In this document: piece by piece, positions 7,546-16,573 of the stretch
Numbering within the stretch: position 1 is the first letter of the stretch
Layout: each line of letters begins with the position of its first letter
DNA from: an uncultured Solirubrobacterales bacterium
GTDB taxonomy: Bacteria > Actinomycetota > Thermoleophilia > Solirubrobacterales > Solirubrobacteraceae
Assembly (NCBI GenBank): GCA_963718545.1
Contig: CAVQZO010000003.1
Coordinates: 591,187-655,186, forward strand
Direction of reading: 5' to 3'
Length of the DNA: 64,000 nucleotides
Made by a program: the position numbers and the translations under genes
Notes under the pieces: model-generated
What the model saw: only the letters and a program-made list of their open reading frames with translations
What the model was told of the DNA's origin: nothing
The model's database searches: none

Positions 7546-9893
7546 AGCTGGCGGTGATCGGCGCCGGTTCCACCTACACACCCGAGCTGGTGTCCGGCTT
7601 CATGCGCGAACGGGAGCGGATCGACCTGAGCGAGCTGGTGCTGCACGACATCGACCCCGAGCGCCGCGAGATCGTCGGCGGGCTGTCCCGGCGGATCCTC
7701 GAGCGCCAGGGCTACACCGGCGAGCTCGAGATCACCGACGACCTGGACCGCGCGCTCGAAGGCGCCGACGCGGTGCTCATCCAGATCCGGGTGGGCGGAC
7801 AGGCAGCCCGGCTGCACGACGAGACGATTCCGGCGGCGTGCGGATGCGTGGGCCAGGAGACGACCGGCGCCGGCGGTCTGGCCAAGGCGCTGCGCACGGT
7901 CCCGGTGGTGCTCGACATCGCCGCCCGGGCTCGCGCGCTGGCCGACCCCGACGCCTGGATCATCGACTTCACCAACCCGGTCGGGATCGTCACCCGCGCG
8001 CTGCTCGACGCCGGGCACCGCGCGGTCGGTCTGTGCAACGTGGCGATCAACTTCCAGCGCCAGATCGCCGCCCACCTGGACGTCGCACCCGACCGTGTCC
8101 TGGTCGATCAGGTCGGCCTCAACCACCTCACTTGGATCCGCGCGGTTCACCTCGACGGCCGCGACGTCCTGCCTGAGGTCCTCGACTCCTATGGCGACGC
8201 GCTCGCCCACGAGATCGGGCTGTCCCGGGCGCTGCTCGACCAGCTCGGGGCGATCCCGTCCTACTACCTGCGCTACTTCTACGCCGAGCGCGAGGTGCTC
8301 CAGGAGCAGCGCATGGGTCCGCCCCGGGCCAAGGTCGTGGCCGACATCGAGCGCCGGCTGCTGGACATGTACCGGGACCCGCAGCTCACGGAGAAGCCCG
8401 CCCTGCTCGAGCAGCGCGGCGGCGCCTTCTACAGCGAGGCGGCGATCCAGCTGGTCGCCTCGCTGACCTCCGACAGCGGCGACGCGCAGGTGGTGGACAT
8501 CCGCAACAACGGGGCGCTGGCCGGACTCGCCGACGACGACGTTGTCGAGGTGCCCGCCCGGATACGCGCCTCCGGACCGGTGCCGCTGCCCCAGCGTCCG
8601 CTGGCCCCGGAGCTGCTGGGACTGGTTCAGCACGTGGCCGCCTACGAGCGCCTGGCCGCCACCGCGGCCCGCTCAGGCGACCCGGAGGCGGCGCGGATCG
8701 CGCTGCTCTGCAACCCGCTGGTGCGCGACTGGCGGCTGGCCGACGGGATGCTCGGAGATCTGTTGCCCGAGTCGACGCCGCGTCGGGGCGGTCGTACCGG
8801 TGCCCGCGGCTTGGGGCACGCGGGCACCGGCTCACGCGGTGAGCTCGTGCTGGCGGTCGACGGAGGCAATGTCAAGACCGATCTGGCGCTCGTCGCCGCC
8901 GACGGCGGGCTGCTGTCGCTGGCCCGGGGTGGGCGCAGCTCGCCGCACCACCTGGGGCTGGAGGGCTGCGTCGAGGTGCTCCAAGCCCTGCTGGGCGAGG
9001 CCATGGCCCGGGCGGGCCTGGGCGGCGACCCGGTGACCGCGGCGCAGATCATGATCGCCGGCGCCGACCTCCCCGAGGAGCTGGAGGCACTCCGGGCGGC
9101 GATCGCCCCGCTGGGCTGGACCCAGCGGCTCACGGTCGACAATGACACGTTCGCTCTGCTGCGATCGGGTACGGAGCGCAGCTGGGGCGTGGCGGTGGTC
9201 TGCGGCGGCGGCATCAACTGCGTCGGTGTCGCCCCGGACGGACGCCATGCGCGGTTCCCGTCGCTGGGACCGATCAGCGGCGACTGGGGGGGCGGCGGCG
9301 ACGTCGGGATGGCGGCGCTGAGCGCTGCCGCCCGCAGCGCGGACGGCCGGGGTCCCAGTACGACCCTCCAGACCGCTGTTCCCGCCTATTTCGAGCTGCC
9401 CGACGTCGAGGCCGTGACCCGGAGCGTGCACCTCCGGGAGATGCCGTATGAGCGTCTGGCCGAACTGGCCCAGGTGGTGTTCGCCGAGGCCGGCTCCGAC
9501 CCCGTGGCGGAGGGGATCGTCAGCCGCTTGGCCGACGAGGTGGCGACGTTTGCTCGCGTGGCGCTGCTTCGCTTGGAGCTGACGGAGACCGATGCCCACG
9601 TCGTGCTGGGCGGCGGACTCCTGCGCGCGGCACCGGAACCGATCATCGAACGCATCAGCGACGGCGTGCGCGAGGTGGCCCCCAAAGCCCATGTCCGCCT
9701 GGCCGAGCGCGCCCCGATCGTGGGCGCCGCACTGCTCGGCCTGGATGAGCTGGGAGTGGACGGTGAGGCGGTGACCCGGGCCACCCGTGAGCTGCAGGCT
9801 GCGTTCGTCGAGATCGAGGGGAACGGCGCTCGAGCCTCGAATGGGCGGCTGGTATCGGTGGGTCCGGCGATGGAGGGAGACGGGAATGGCTGA
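7542..9893 (+). CDS. GH4 6-phospho-beta-glucosidase-like domain fused to a BadF/N-acetylglucosamine-kinase-like domain
   Basis: ATGA overlap start. GH4 motifs MKLAVIGAGSTYTPEL, GQETTGAGG, FTNP, GLCNV, GLNH. After a Gly/Arg linker come the kinase motifs LAVDGGNVKT, NDT, VVCGGGIN, GDWGGG, VLGGG, with no intervening stop. Confidence 0.88.
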   Translation: MKLAVIGAGSTYTPELVSGFMRERERIDLSELVLHDIDPERREIVGGLSRRILERQGYTGELEITDDLDRALEGADAVLIQIRVGGQAARLHDETIPAACGCVGQETTGAGGLAKALRTVPVVLDIAARARALADPDAWIIDFTNPVGIVTRALLDAGHRAVGLCNVAINFQRQIAAHLDVAPDRVLVDQVGLNHLTWIRAVHLDGRDVLPEVLDSYGDALAHEIGLSRALLDQLGAIPSYYLRYFYAEREVLQEQRMGPPRAKVVADIERRLLDMYRDPQLTEKPALLEQRGGAFYSEAAIQLVASLTSDSGDAQVVDIRNNGALAGLADDDVVEVPARIRASGPVPLPQRPLAPELLGLVQHVAAYERLAATAARSGDPEAARIALLCNPLVRDWRLADGMLGDLLPESTPRRGGRTGARGLGHAGTGSRGELVLAVDGGNVKTDLALVAADGGLLSLARGGRSSPHHLGLEGCVEVLQALLGEAMARAGLGGDPVTAAQIMIAGADLPEELEALRAAIAPLGWTQRLTVDNDTFALLRSGTERSWGVAVVCGGGINCVGVAPDGRHARFPSLGPISGDWGGGGDVGMAALSAAARSADGRGPSTTLQTAVPAYFELPDVEAVTRSVHLREMPYERLAELAQVVFAEAGSDPVAEGIVSRLADEVATFARVALLRLELTETDAHVVLGGGLLRAAPEPIIERISDGVREVAPKAHVRLAERAPIVGAALLGLDELGVDGEAVTRATRELQAAFVEIEGNGARASNGRLVSVGPAMEGDGNG

Positions 9894-10977
9894 GGTCCGC
9901 TTCGAGCAGGCCACGCGGATCTTCCGCGGCAACGAGCTGGCGGCCGTGGACCAGCTCGATCTGACCTTGCAGGATGGCGAGCTGCTGGTGCTGGTCGGGC
10001 CCTCGGGGTCGGGCAAGTCGACCGCCCTGCGGATGCTGGCCGGCCTCGAGGAAGTGGACGCCGGCGCGGTCTACATCGGCGAGCGCGACGTCACCGACCT
10101 GCCGCCCAAGCGCCGCGACGTGGCCATGGTGTTCCAGAACTACGCCCTGTACCCCTACCTGACCGTCCGGGCGAACGTGGGGTTCCCGCTGAAGATGGCC
10201 GGCGTCGCCAAGCCCGAGCGCGAGCGCCGGGTGGCCGAGGCGGCTGAGCTCCTGGGGCTCACGCCGCTGCTCGACCGCAAGCCGGCTCAGCTGTCGGGCG
10301 GCGAGCGCCAGCGGACCGCGATGGGCCGCGCGATCGTCCGCAACCCGCAGGTGTTCCTGATGGACGAGCCGCTGTCCAACCTCGACGCCAAGCTGCGGGT
10401 GAAGATGCGGGTGGACATCGCAGCGCTGCAGCGCAAGCTTGGCGTGACCATGCTGTACGTGACCCACGATCAGGTCGAGGCGATGACCATGGGGCACCGC
10501 GTGGCCGTCCTGCACCAGGGCCGCCTTCAGCAGTGCGGGCCGCCCCGGGAGCTCTACAACCATCCGGCCAACATGTTCGTGGCCGGATTCATCGGCTCGC
10601 CGGCCATGAACCTGATCCCGGCCCGGCTGAACGGGGACGGGGTAGCCGAGGTATGCGGCATCCGTCTTGCGCTGCCCCGGGATACCGTCGCGTCGGCGGG
10701 CGAGCGCGGCCTGCACGAGGTGATGGTGGGGCTGCGCCCGGAGTCCCTGGAGATGAACGGCGGCGAGGGGATCAGTGCCGAAGTCGAGGTGGTGGAGGAG
10801 CTCGGTGCCGACGCCTACGCGTTCTGCAACGCCCGGCTGCCGGACGGCGAGACCAAGCTGATCGCGCGCACCGACTGGCGACAGCCGCCCAACCCGGGCA
10901 CCCGGGTCCACCTGTCCCCCACGGCGTCCGAAGCCCACGTCTTCGACCCCACCAGCGGCGAGCGCCTCGGTAGCTAG
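9886..10977 (+). CDS. msiK: Sugar ABC transporter ATP-binding protein (MsiK/MalK-like)
   Basis: Walker A GPSGSGKST, LSGGERQR signature, FLMDEPLSNLD, FIGSPAMN. Confidence 0.9.
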   Translation: MAEVRFEQATRIFRGNELAAVDQLDLTLQDGELLVLVGPSGSGKSTALRMLAGLEEVDAGAVYIGERDVTDLPPKRRDVAMVFQNYALYPYLTVRANVGFPLKMAGVAKPERERRVAEAAELLGLTPLLDRKPAQLSGGERQRTAMGRAIVRNPQVFLMDEPLSNLDAKLRVKMRVDIAALQRKLGVTMLYVTHDQVEAMTMGHRVAVLHQGRLQQCGPPRELYNHPANMFVAGFIGSPAMNLIPARLNGDGVAEVCGIRLALPRDTVASAGERGLHEVMVGLRPESLEMNGGEGISAEVEVVEELGADAYAFCNARLPDGETKLIARTDWRQPPNPGTRVHLSPTASEAHVFDPTSGERLGS

Positions 10978-10982
10978 CCCCT

Positions 10983-12146
10983 ATGACGGCCACCTCCTCT
11001 GCGCGCCCGGCCATGCTGCGGGCGCTCAACGAACGCACCGTGCTCGACGCGATCCGGGCCGACGCGCCGATCTCCCGAGCCGAGATCTCGCGGCGCGTGG
11101 GGATCTCCAAGCCCACGGTCTCGCTGGCCCTGCGCTCGCTGGTCGAGGCCAGCCTGGTGCGCGAGGTGGAGGCTTCCGGCCAGCGCGGCCGGTACGGGGC
11201 CACGCTGTTCGAGGCTGTTCCAGAGGCCCGGCTGGTGCTCGGACTTGACGTCGGGGCGCGCTTCCTGCGCGGAGCCATCTGCGATCTGGATGGCCGGATC
11301 CGGGCTCGTCAGGACATCGAGACGGCCGGCGCCTCCGCCGGTCAGCTGCTGGAGACGTGCACCGAGCTGCGCGGACGGCTGGCCGCCGACAGCGGGCTGG
11401 CCATGGAGGCCATCGACGGCGCGGTGATCGGGGTGCCCGGGGTGGTCGACCCGGACAGGGGTCGCGTGGGCCTGGCCGAGAACATTCCCGGCCTGGAGGG
11501 GATGCGGTTCGGCACGGATCTGCGCGCTCGGCTCGGCGTGGAGGTGACGGTTCAGAACGACATCAACCTGGCCGCGGTCGGGGAGCGGTCACGCGGCGTC
11601 GCGCGCGGAGTGGAGAACTTCGCGTTTCTGTCCGTGGGCACGGGGCTCGGCGCCGGGCTGGTGCTGCGCGGCGAGGTCGTCTCGGGCCATCGCGGCGCGG
11701 CCGGCGAGCTCGATTTCGCCCGGGCCGCCGAGGACCGCGCGGCCGACGATCCCTGCGCTCCGGCTCTGTCCGCGCTCGCGAGCCGGCTGGCTGCCGAGGA
11801 CGGTGCGAGCAGCCTCGAACCGCCGTTCGGCGTGCCGGCGGTGTTCGGGGGCGCCCGCGCCGGTGATCCGGTGGCCCGGCGGGTGGTGGCGGAGGCGGCC
11901 CGGCGGATCGTCGTGCACATCCTGCCGATCGCGGCCGTGGCCGACGTCGAGCTGGTCGTCCTTGGGGGCGGGATCGGCGCCAACGGCGATCTCCTGCTTG
12001 ATCCGATCCGCGGGCTGCTGGCCGAGCAACTGCCGTTCCCGCCCCGGGTGGAGGTCTCGATGCTCGGGGACGCGGCCGTCCTGACCGGCGCCCTGGCGGT
12101 CGGACTGGCCTCGGCGCTGGAGAACGCATTTCTGGACCGGGGTTAG
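10983..12146 (+). CDS. ROK-family transcriptional repressor (CsnR-like)
   Basis: N-terminal HTH (ISRAEISRRVGISKPTVS); GVPG, NDINLAA, GTGLGAG and GAAGE ROK motifs. Confidence 0.92.
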   Translation: MTATSSARPAMLRALNERTVLDAIRADAPISRAEISRRVGISKPTVSLALRSLVEASLVREVEASGQRGRYGATLFEAVPEARLVLGLDVGARFLRGAICDLDGRIRARQDIETAGASAGQLLETCTELRGRLAADSGLAMEAIDGAVIGVPGVVDPDRGRVGLAENIPGLEGMRFGTDLRARLGVEVTVQNDINLAAVGERSRGVARGVENFAFLSVGTGLGAGLVLRGEVVSGHRGAAGELDFARAAEDRAADDPCAPALSALASRLAAEDGASSLEPPFGVPAVFGGARAGDPVARRVVAEAARRIVVHILPIAAVADVELVVLGGGIGANGDLLLDPIRGLLAEQLPFPPRVEVSMLGDAAVLTGALAVGLASALENAFLDRG

Positions 12147-12150
12147 CGGT

Positions 12151-12807
12151 TTGACCGTCTCCCTGACCTTCGACGACGGTCCGGATGAGCGGTGGACCCC
12201 GCTCGTGCTCGGAGCGCTGGCGCGCGCTGGCGTCAAGGCCACCTTCTTCGTCGTGGCTGAGCAGATCGCCGAGCCCGCCGGCGCGGATCTGCTGCGGGCC
12301 ATCGCCGGAGGCGGGCACCGGGTGGAGGCCCACTGCTCCCGCCACCGGCCACACGACGAGCAATCGGGCGCGGACCTCGCCGAGGATGTGGCCCAGCTGC
12401 TGGCGGCGATCGAGGCGCTCGACCTCCCGCGCCCGGTCCTGTGGCGCCCGCCCTACGGCCGCCTCAACCGGCCCGCGTCCTTCGAGGTCGCCGATCAGGC
12501 ACAGCTACAGCTCGTGCTCTGGTCATCGGACCCGCGCGACTACCGGGACACACCGCCCCAGGCGATGCTGGACCACGTCGGTCAGTCGCTGCAAGAGGAC
12601 TCAGTTGTCCTCCTGCACGACTCCCGCCGCTATGCCTCCACCAGCGACAGCGCCGCGAACACTGTGGCGCTGCTCGAGCCGCTGGTCGAGGACGTCCGCC
12701 GCCACGGCTTCGAGATCGGGCCGCTCGAGGCTCCCGTGGCTCGTAGCATTCAGCCGCCGAGCGTCTGCACCGCGAAGTCGGCCGCGGCTCCCGAGAACTC
12801 GTCGTGA
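12151..12807 (+). CDS. NodB-type (CE4) polysaccharide deacetylase without signal peptide
   Basis: TFDDGP, HCSRH, RPPYG, DPRDY and VLLHD motifs. Confidence 0.88.
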   Translation: MTVSLTFDDGPDERWTPLVLGALARAGVKATFFVVAEQIAEPAGADLLRAIAGGGHRVEAHCSRHRPHDEQSGADLAEDVAQLLAAIEALDLPRPVLWRPPYGRLNRPASFEVADQAQLQLVLWSSDPRDYRDTPPQAMLDHVGQSLQEDSVVLLHDSRRYASTSDSAANTVALLEPLVEDVRRHGFEIGPLEAPVARSIQPPSVCTAKSAAAPENSS

Positions 12808-13376
12808 TGGGCCAGCATGGCGTGCTTGGCGCCCGGGATCAGCCGGAAGTCGACGCGGGCGCCGGCGACATCCGCCAGGCGCCGGGCCAGCTCGGCGGCT
12901 CGAGCCGGATCGGCCACGCGGTCCCGCGCACCGTGGATGATCAGGATGGGCTTGTCGCGGACCTCCGGGGGCCGGTCGGAGGGCTGCACCCACGGCGCCA
13001 GCGCGACCGCGCTCCTGACCTCGGGCGCGCCAGCCGCCAGGAGAGCCGCCCGGCCGCCCAGTGAGTGGCCAACCAGACAGCTCGGGACGCTGCGACTGAA
13101 CCGCTTGAACAGTTGCTCCAGCGCCCAGTCCGCGTCCTCCACCGGGGTGTGCGTGGCATCCCAGCCCCGTCGCGAGTTGAGCAGCCGAAACACGGCCAGG
13201 CGATTTCGACCGGCCCGCGCGATCCTCCGGGCGATCGGGATCATGCGCAGGACCGACAGCTGTGTCGGGCTGACCATCAGGTTCTCGCCGCGCTTCGCCC
13301 CGCCGTGAAGAACGAGCACGAGGCCCTCGGGATCGGCGGGCACGGCGACGGGGATCAGCTTGGGTTTCAGCTCCAC
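12750..13376 (-). CDS. Alpha/beta hydrolase
   Basis: LHGG oxyanion motif, GHSLGG nucleophile elbow, HGARD, C-terminal H in AKHAML. Confidence 0.85.
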   Translation of the reverse strand: MELKPKLIPVAVPADPEGLVLVLHGGAKRGENLMVSPTQLSVLRMIPIARRIARAGRNRLAVFRLLNSRRGWDATHTPVEDADWALEQLFKRFSRSVPSCLVGHSLGGRAALLAAGAPEVRSAVALAPWVQPSDRPPEVRDKPILIIHGARDRVADPARAAELARRLADVAGARVDFRLIPGAKHAMLAHHDEFSGAAADFAVQTLGG

Positions 13377-13434
13377 GGAGCTGCTACGGGGCGGCGGCCG
13401 GCTCGGATCACCGCCGCAACGCTACTTTGGGGCG

Positions 13435-14448
13435 CTACGACGCGGCGGCGGCGGACATGATCGTCCGCAGCGTGTCAGTGCCGCCGACCGAGGTGTACGT
13501 GGCCGTGACCGCGTCCCCGGCGAGCACGTTGCTCGCCACCAGACCGGACAGTGTTCCGGTCGACAGGGTGACCGAGGTCCCGGAAGCGGGCTGGATCGTC
13601 ATGCTGCTGGCGTCCGGCGCCACGCTCGTGACCGTGCCGGTCAGTGAGCTGGCGCCCGGATAGGCGACGCCGCTGGCCACGAGCGTCCCGTACCGGGTTG
13701 CCCGGTAGCTCACCGACATCGGCTCGCCGACCTGGAACTCCCCGATCAGGCTCTGCAGGGTACCCGGCCGGAAGGCGATGCTCTGACCGCTGATGCGGCC
13801 GTGCACGACCGAGCTGAGCAGGTGGTAGCGCTTGTACGTGCGGCTGAAGGCGTCGGGGGTCGAGCCGTCCAGCCAGCCGGGTCCGCCCTTGGAGTCGCCA
13901 TCGCCGCCGCCGGCGGATGTCCCGAAGAAGCGCCCGTTGATGCTCATGAAGATGTGGACGCCCGGATCGTCATACAGCGTCACCTGCGTCGGCCCCTGGC
14001 CGGCGCCCCGCGCGAGCATGTGCCGTGACTGGAGCTCGGAGATGACACCGGCGTCTCCCGGGACCCCGCCGCCCGCAGGCCAGAGGTCGGCGCCGGCCAG
14101 GACCGCGGCCACCGAGCCCGAGCAGTCAAATCCCCGGCGGCGGCCGTTGTAGCCCGGGCCCTTGCTGCCGACGCTCGGCACTCCGGCCTGTGCATGACCG
14201 CCGGCCCACACGTATGGGTAGTCCTTGGCGGCCAGCTTGTTCGCGGTGGAGATCAGCGCACGGGTCACGCCGCGGGGCCGTCCCGCGGTCTGCACGACGA
14301 AGTCGGAGGAACCGAGGAGTTGCAGCTTGCCCCGAACGGTCAGGGTGCCGGTGGTGGCGCCGGCGGCGGCGGGGAGACTCAGGCTGCCCAGCGAGACTGT
14401 GAGCAGGAGCGGGAGGAGATGGCGGACGTGGGGTCGGTTCAGCGGCAT
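13435..14448 (-). CDS. Secreted NlpC/P60-like cysteine peptidase with accessory beta-rich domains
   Basis: Signal peptide; YPYVWAGG, GFDCSG and GVHIFM (Cys/His dyad); C-terminal GTVTSV/GDAVT region resembling DUF5666. Confidence 0.7.
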   Translation of the reverse strand: MPLNRPHVRHLLPLLLTVSLGSLSLPAAAGATTGTLTVRGKLQLLGSSDFVVQTAGRPRGVTRALISTANKLAAKDYPYVWAGGHAQAGVPSVGSKGPGYNGRRRGFDCSGSVAAVLAGADLWPAGGGVPGDAGVISELQSRHMLARGAGQGPTQVTLYDDPGVHIFMSINGRFFGTSAGGGDGDSKGGPGWLDGSTPDAFSRTYKRYHLLSSVVHGRISGQSIAFRPGTLQSLIGEFQVGEPMSVSYRATRYGTLVASGVAYPGASSLTGTVTSVAPDASSMTIQPASGTSVTLSTGTLSGLVASNVLAGDAVTATYTSVGGTDTLRTIMSAAAAS

Positions 14449-14524
14449 GCCATATATGGCTCGGCCGCTGGCCGGGGTTCCCGTTAGCCCGGCGCCGGCA
14501 ACCTGGCCGTGCGTCCAGCCGTGG

Positions 14525-15262
14525 TCAGCAGACGGTTCGTTCGCTGACCGCCATCGTCTCCAGCTGCGCTGGGGACGGATCGCCGGTTAGCTGGCCGGCG
14601 ATCCGCTGACACGCCGGCTGCGTCAGCCCACCCACGAGGACGCTGTTCCCGCCCCGTCCCCGGATGCGCCAAACCCTCGGGAAGGCCGTGCCGAGGGCGC
14701 CGGCGACCGAGTTCACCACACGGCTGGCACGGTCATCGACGACGTTGACGAGCACCAGCGGCGCCACCCGGGCGGCCTCCTTGAGGGCATGCGGTGAGAC
14801 CAGCGCCGGAGGCACCGACGCACCCTCGAAGGCGTCGATCACCACCGCGTCAAAGCTCGCGGACGGCTGGCGGGCCAGGAAGGCGCCGCCCTCGGCGTGG
14901 CGGACGCGCAGTCCGGGCGATCGCCGCAGACCCAGATGCTCCCGGGCCATCGCCAGCACCTGGCCGTCGAGTTCGCACACCTCCTGGCGCCCTTCCGGAT
15001 CCCGGGCGGCCAGCGCTCTGGGCAGCGCGCAGGCGCCGCCCCCGATGTGGAGGTTGCGGCGGGCTCGGGTGGCCAGCAACACGATCCGCATCCATCGCAG
15101 ATAGTCGAACTCGAGGTGGGTGGGGTCAGCCAGGTCCACGTAGGAGGCGTCCATGCCCCGCTGGCGCAGCAGCCGGCCTGATGGGCGCTCGGTGTCGCGC
15201 TCGGCCACCAGCTCACCGCGCCGCGCCAGCTCGCGGGGTGCTGCTGAGCGCCTCCGACTCAC
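14525..15262 (-). CDS. Spermidine-synthase-like SAM-dependent methyltransferase fold protein
   Basis: SYVDLADPTHLEFDY, HIGGGACALPR, CELD, VIDAF motifs. Confidence 0.8.
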   Translation of the reverse strand: MSRRRSAAPRELARRGELVAERDTERPSGRLLRQRGMDASYVDLADPTHLEFDYLRWMRIVLLATRARRNLHIGGGACALPRALAARDPEGRQEVCELDGQVLAMAREHLGLRRSPGLRVRHAEGGAFLARQPSASFDAVVIDAFEGASVPPALVSPHALKEAARVAPLVLVNVVDDRASRVVNSVAGALGTAFPRVWRIRGRGGNSVLVGGLTQPACQRIAGQLTGDPSPAQLETMAVSERTVC

Positions 15263-15402
15263 GAAATCGAGGCGGCGGATAGGTTATGCACCGGCTGATT
15301 CTTCCAGGCATCCCGGGCTGGTGGCGGGTCGCGGGGTTCTACGGACTACGCCTTCGGGCGGAGATGCCGATAAATGCCGGTGAGGAAGAAAGTCCGACTC
15401 AA

Positions 15403-16431
15403 ATGACCGCGGTGAATGTGACAGCCGAGCTATGGGCCTCGACGCTTGACGCGCTGATGGACGCTGCGTCGGCTGTTCTGACCGCCGAGTCGCTCCAGCA
15501 GACGCTGCTGCAGGTGGCCCAGGGCCTGGGGGGTCTGGTCCCGTTCAACGACCTGACCCTGTACGAGATCGACCGGTCCGCCGGGCTGTTCGTGCCCATG
15601 TTCGCGTTCGGCAGCTACTCCGAGGAGGTCATGGCCCAGCGCTTTGCGCTGACGCGCGGGATCACCGGGGCCACCCTGCGGGAGGGTCGGATCCGGAACG
15701 TCCCCCGTAGCGACCTGGATCCGTGCGCTGAAACCGTGCCCGGCACGCCGGACGAGCCCGAGGCGATCGTGTGCGTGCCCCTGGAGGTGGCCGGTCGCAC
15801 GATCGCCATGCTCAACGTCTACCGGTATGGGGAGGACCCGGCCTTCTCCGACTTCGAGGCGCTGATCATCGAGCGCTTCGGGATCATCGTGGCGCTGGCG
15901 CTCGACTCGGCGCGCCAGCGGGATCTGCTCCGTACCCAGGCCGACACCGACGAGCTGACGGGTCTGCTCAACCGCCGCGCATTCAACCTGCGACTGGACA
16001 CCCTCCTGCAGCGGGCGCGGCTGAGCTCCCTGCCGCTCACCCTGGTGGAGGTGGACATCGACGGCTTCAAGCTGATCAACGACCGGTTCGGCCACGCCGC
16101 CGGCGACTCGGCGCTTGTGGCGGTCGCCGAATCTCTGCGGGCTTCCGTGCGAGAGGGGGAGTTCGTGGCCCGGATCGGGGGGGAGGAGTTCGCGCTTCTC
16201 CTGCCCGGCGCCGACCATCAGGCCGGGCTCAAGGTGGCCGATCGCTGCCGACGGCACCCGACGGCCGAGTGGTACACGGGCGCTCCGCTCACCCTATCGG
16301 CCGGCGTGGCCACCTACCCACTGCACGCCACCGACGCCGAGGAGCTGCTGCACGCGGCCGACAGGGCCCTGTACGCGGCCAAGACCGCCGGGCGCAACCG
16401 GGTGGTCATAGCGCCCGATCCGGTCGCCTGA
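15403..16431 (+). CDS. GAF-GGDEF diguanylate cyclase
   Basis: GAF region followed by DELTGLLNRR, DIDGFKLINDRFGHAAGD, RIGGEEF, LYAAK. Confidence 0.92.
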   Translation: MTAVNVTAELWASTLDALMDAASAVLTAESLQQTLLQVAQGLGGLVPFNDLTLYEIDRSAGLFVPMFAFGSYSEEVMAQRFALTRGITGATLREGRIRNVPRSDLDPCAETVPGTPDEPEAIVCVPLEVAGRTIAMLNVYRYGEDPAFSDFEALIIERFGIIVALALDSARQRDLLRTQADTDELTGLLNRRAFNLRLDTLLQRARLSSLPLTLVEVDIDGFKLINDRFGHAAGDSALVAVAESLRASVREGEFVARIGGEEFALLLPGADHQAGLKVADRCRRHPTAEWYTGAPLTLSAGVATYPLHATDAEELLHAADRALYAAKTAGRNRVVIAPDPVA

Positions 16432-16573
16432 GAACCGTTTTCTATTGCGGCGGGCTGAGCCCGGGGGTGATCGTCGACTGGTTCGGCGCCAGCGATTACG
16501 CCAAGTCCGGCTGACACCCGCGCGCTGACATCTCCCGCGCGCCCGTCTCGGGGCGGGCGTAAGGTTCGGGTTC

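Noticed and set aside
7089-8633. Long antisense ORFs (e.g. 7089..8633, 8832..10016, 38204..39886, 51515..52894)
   Set aside because: Typical high-GC shadow frames of well-supported genes on the opposite strand; no motifs.
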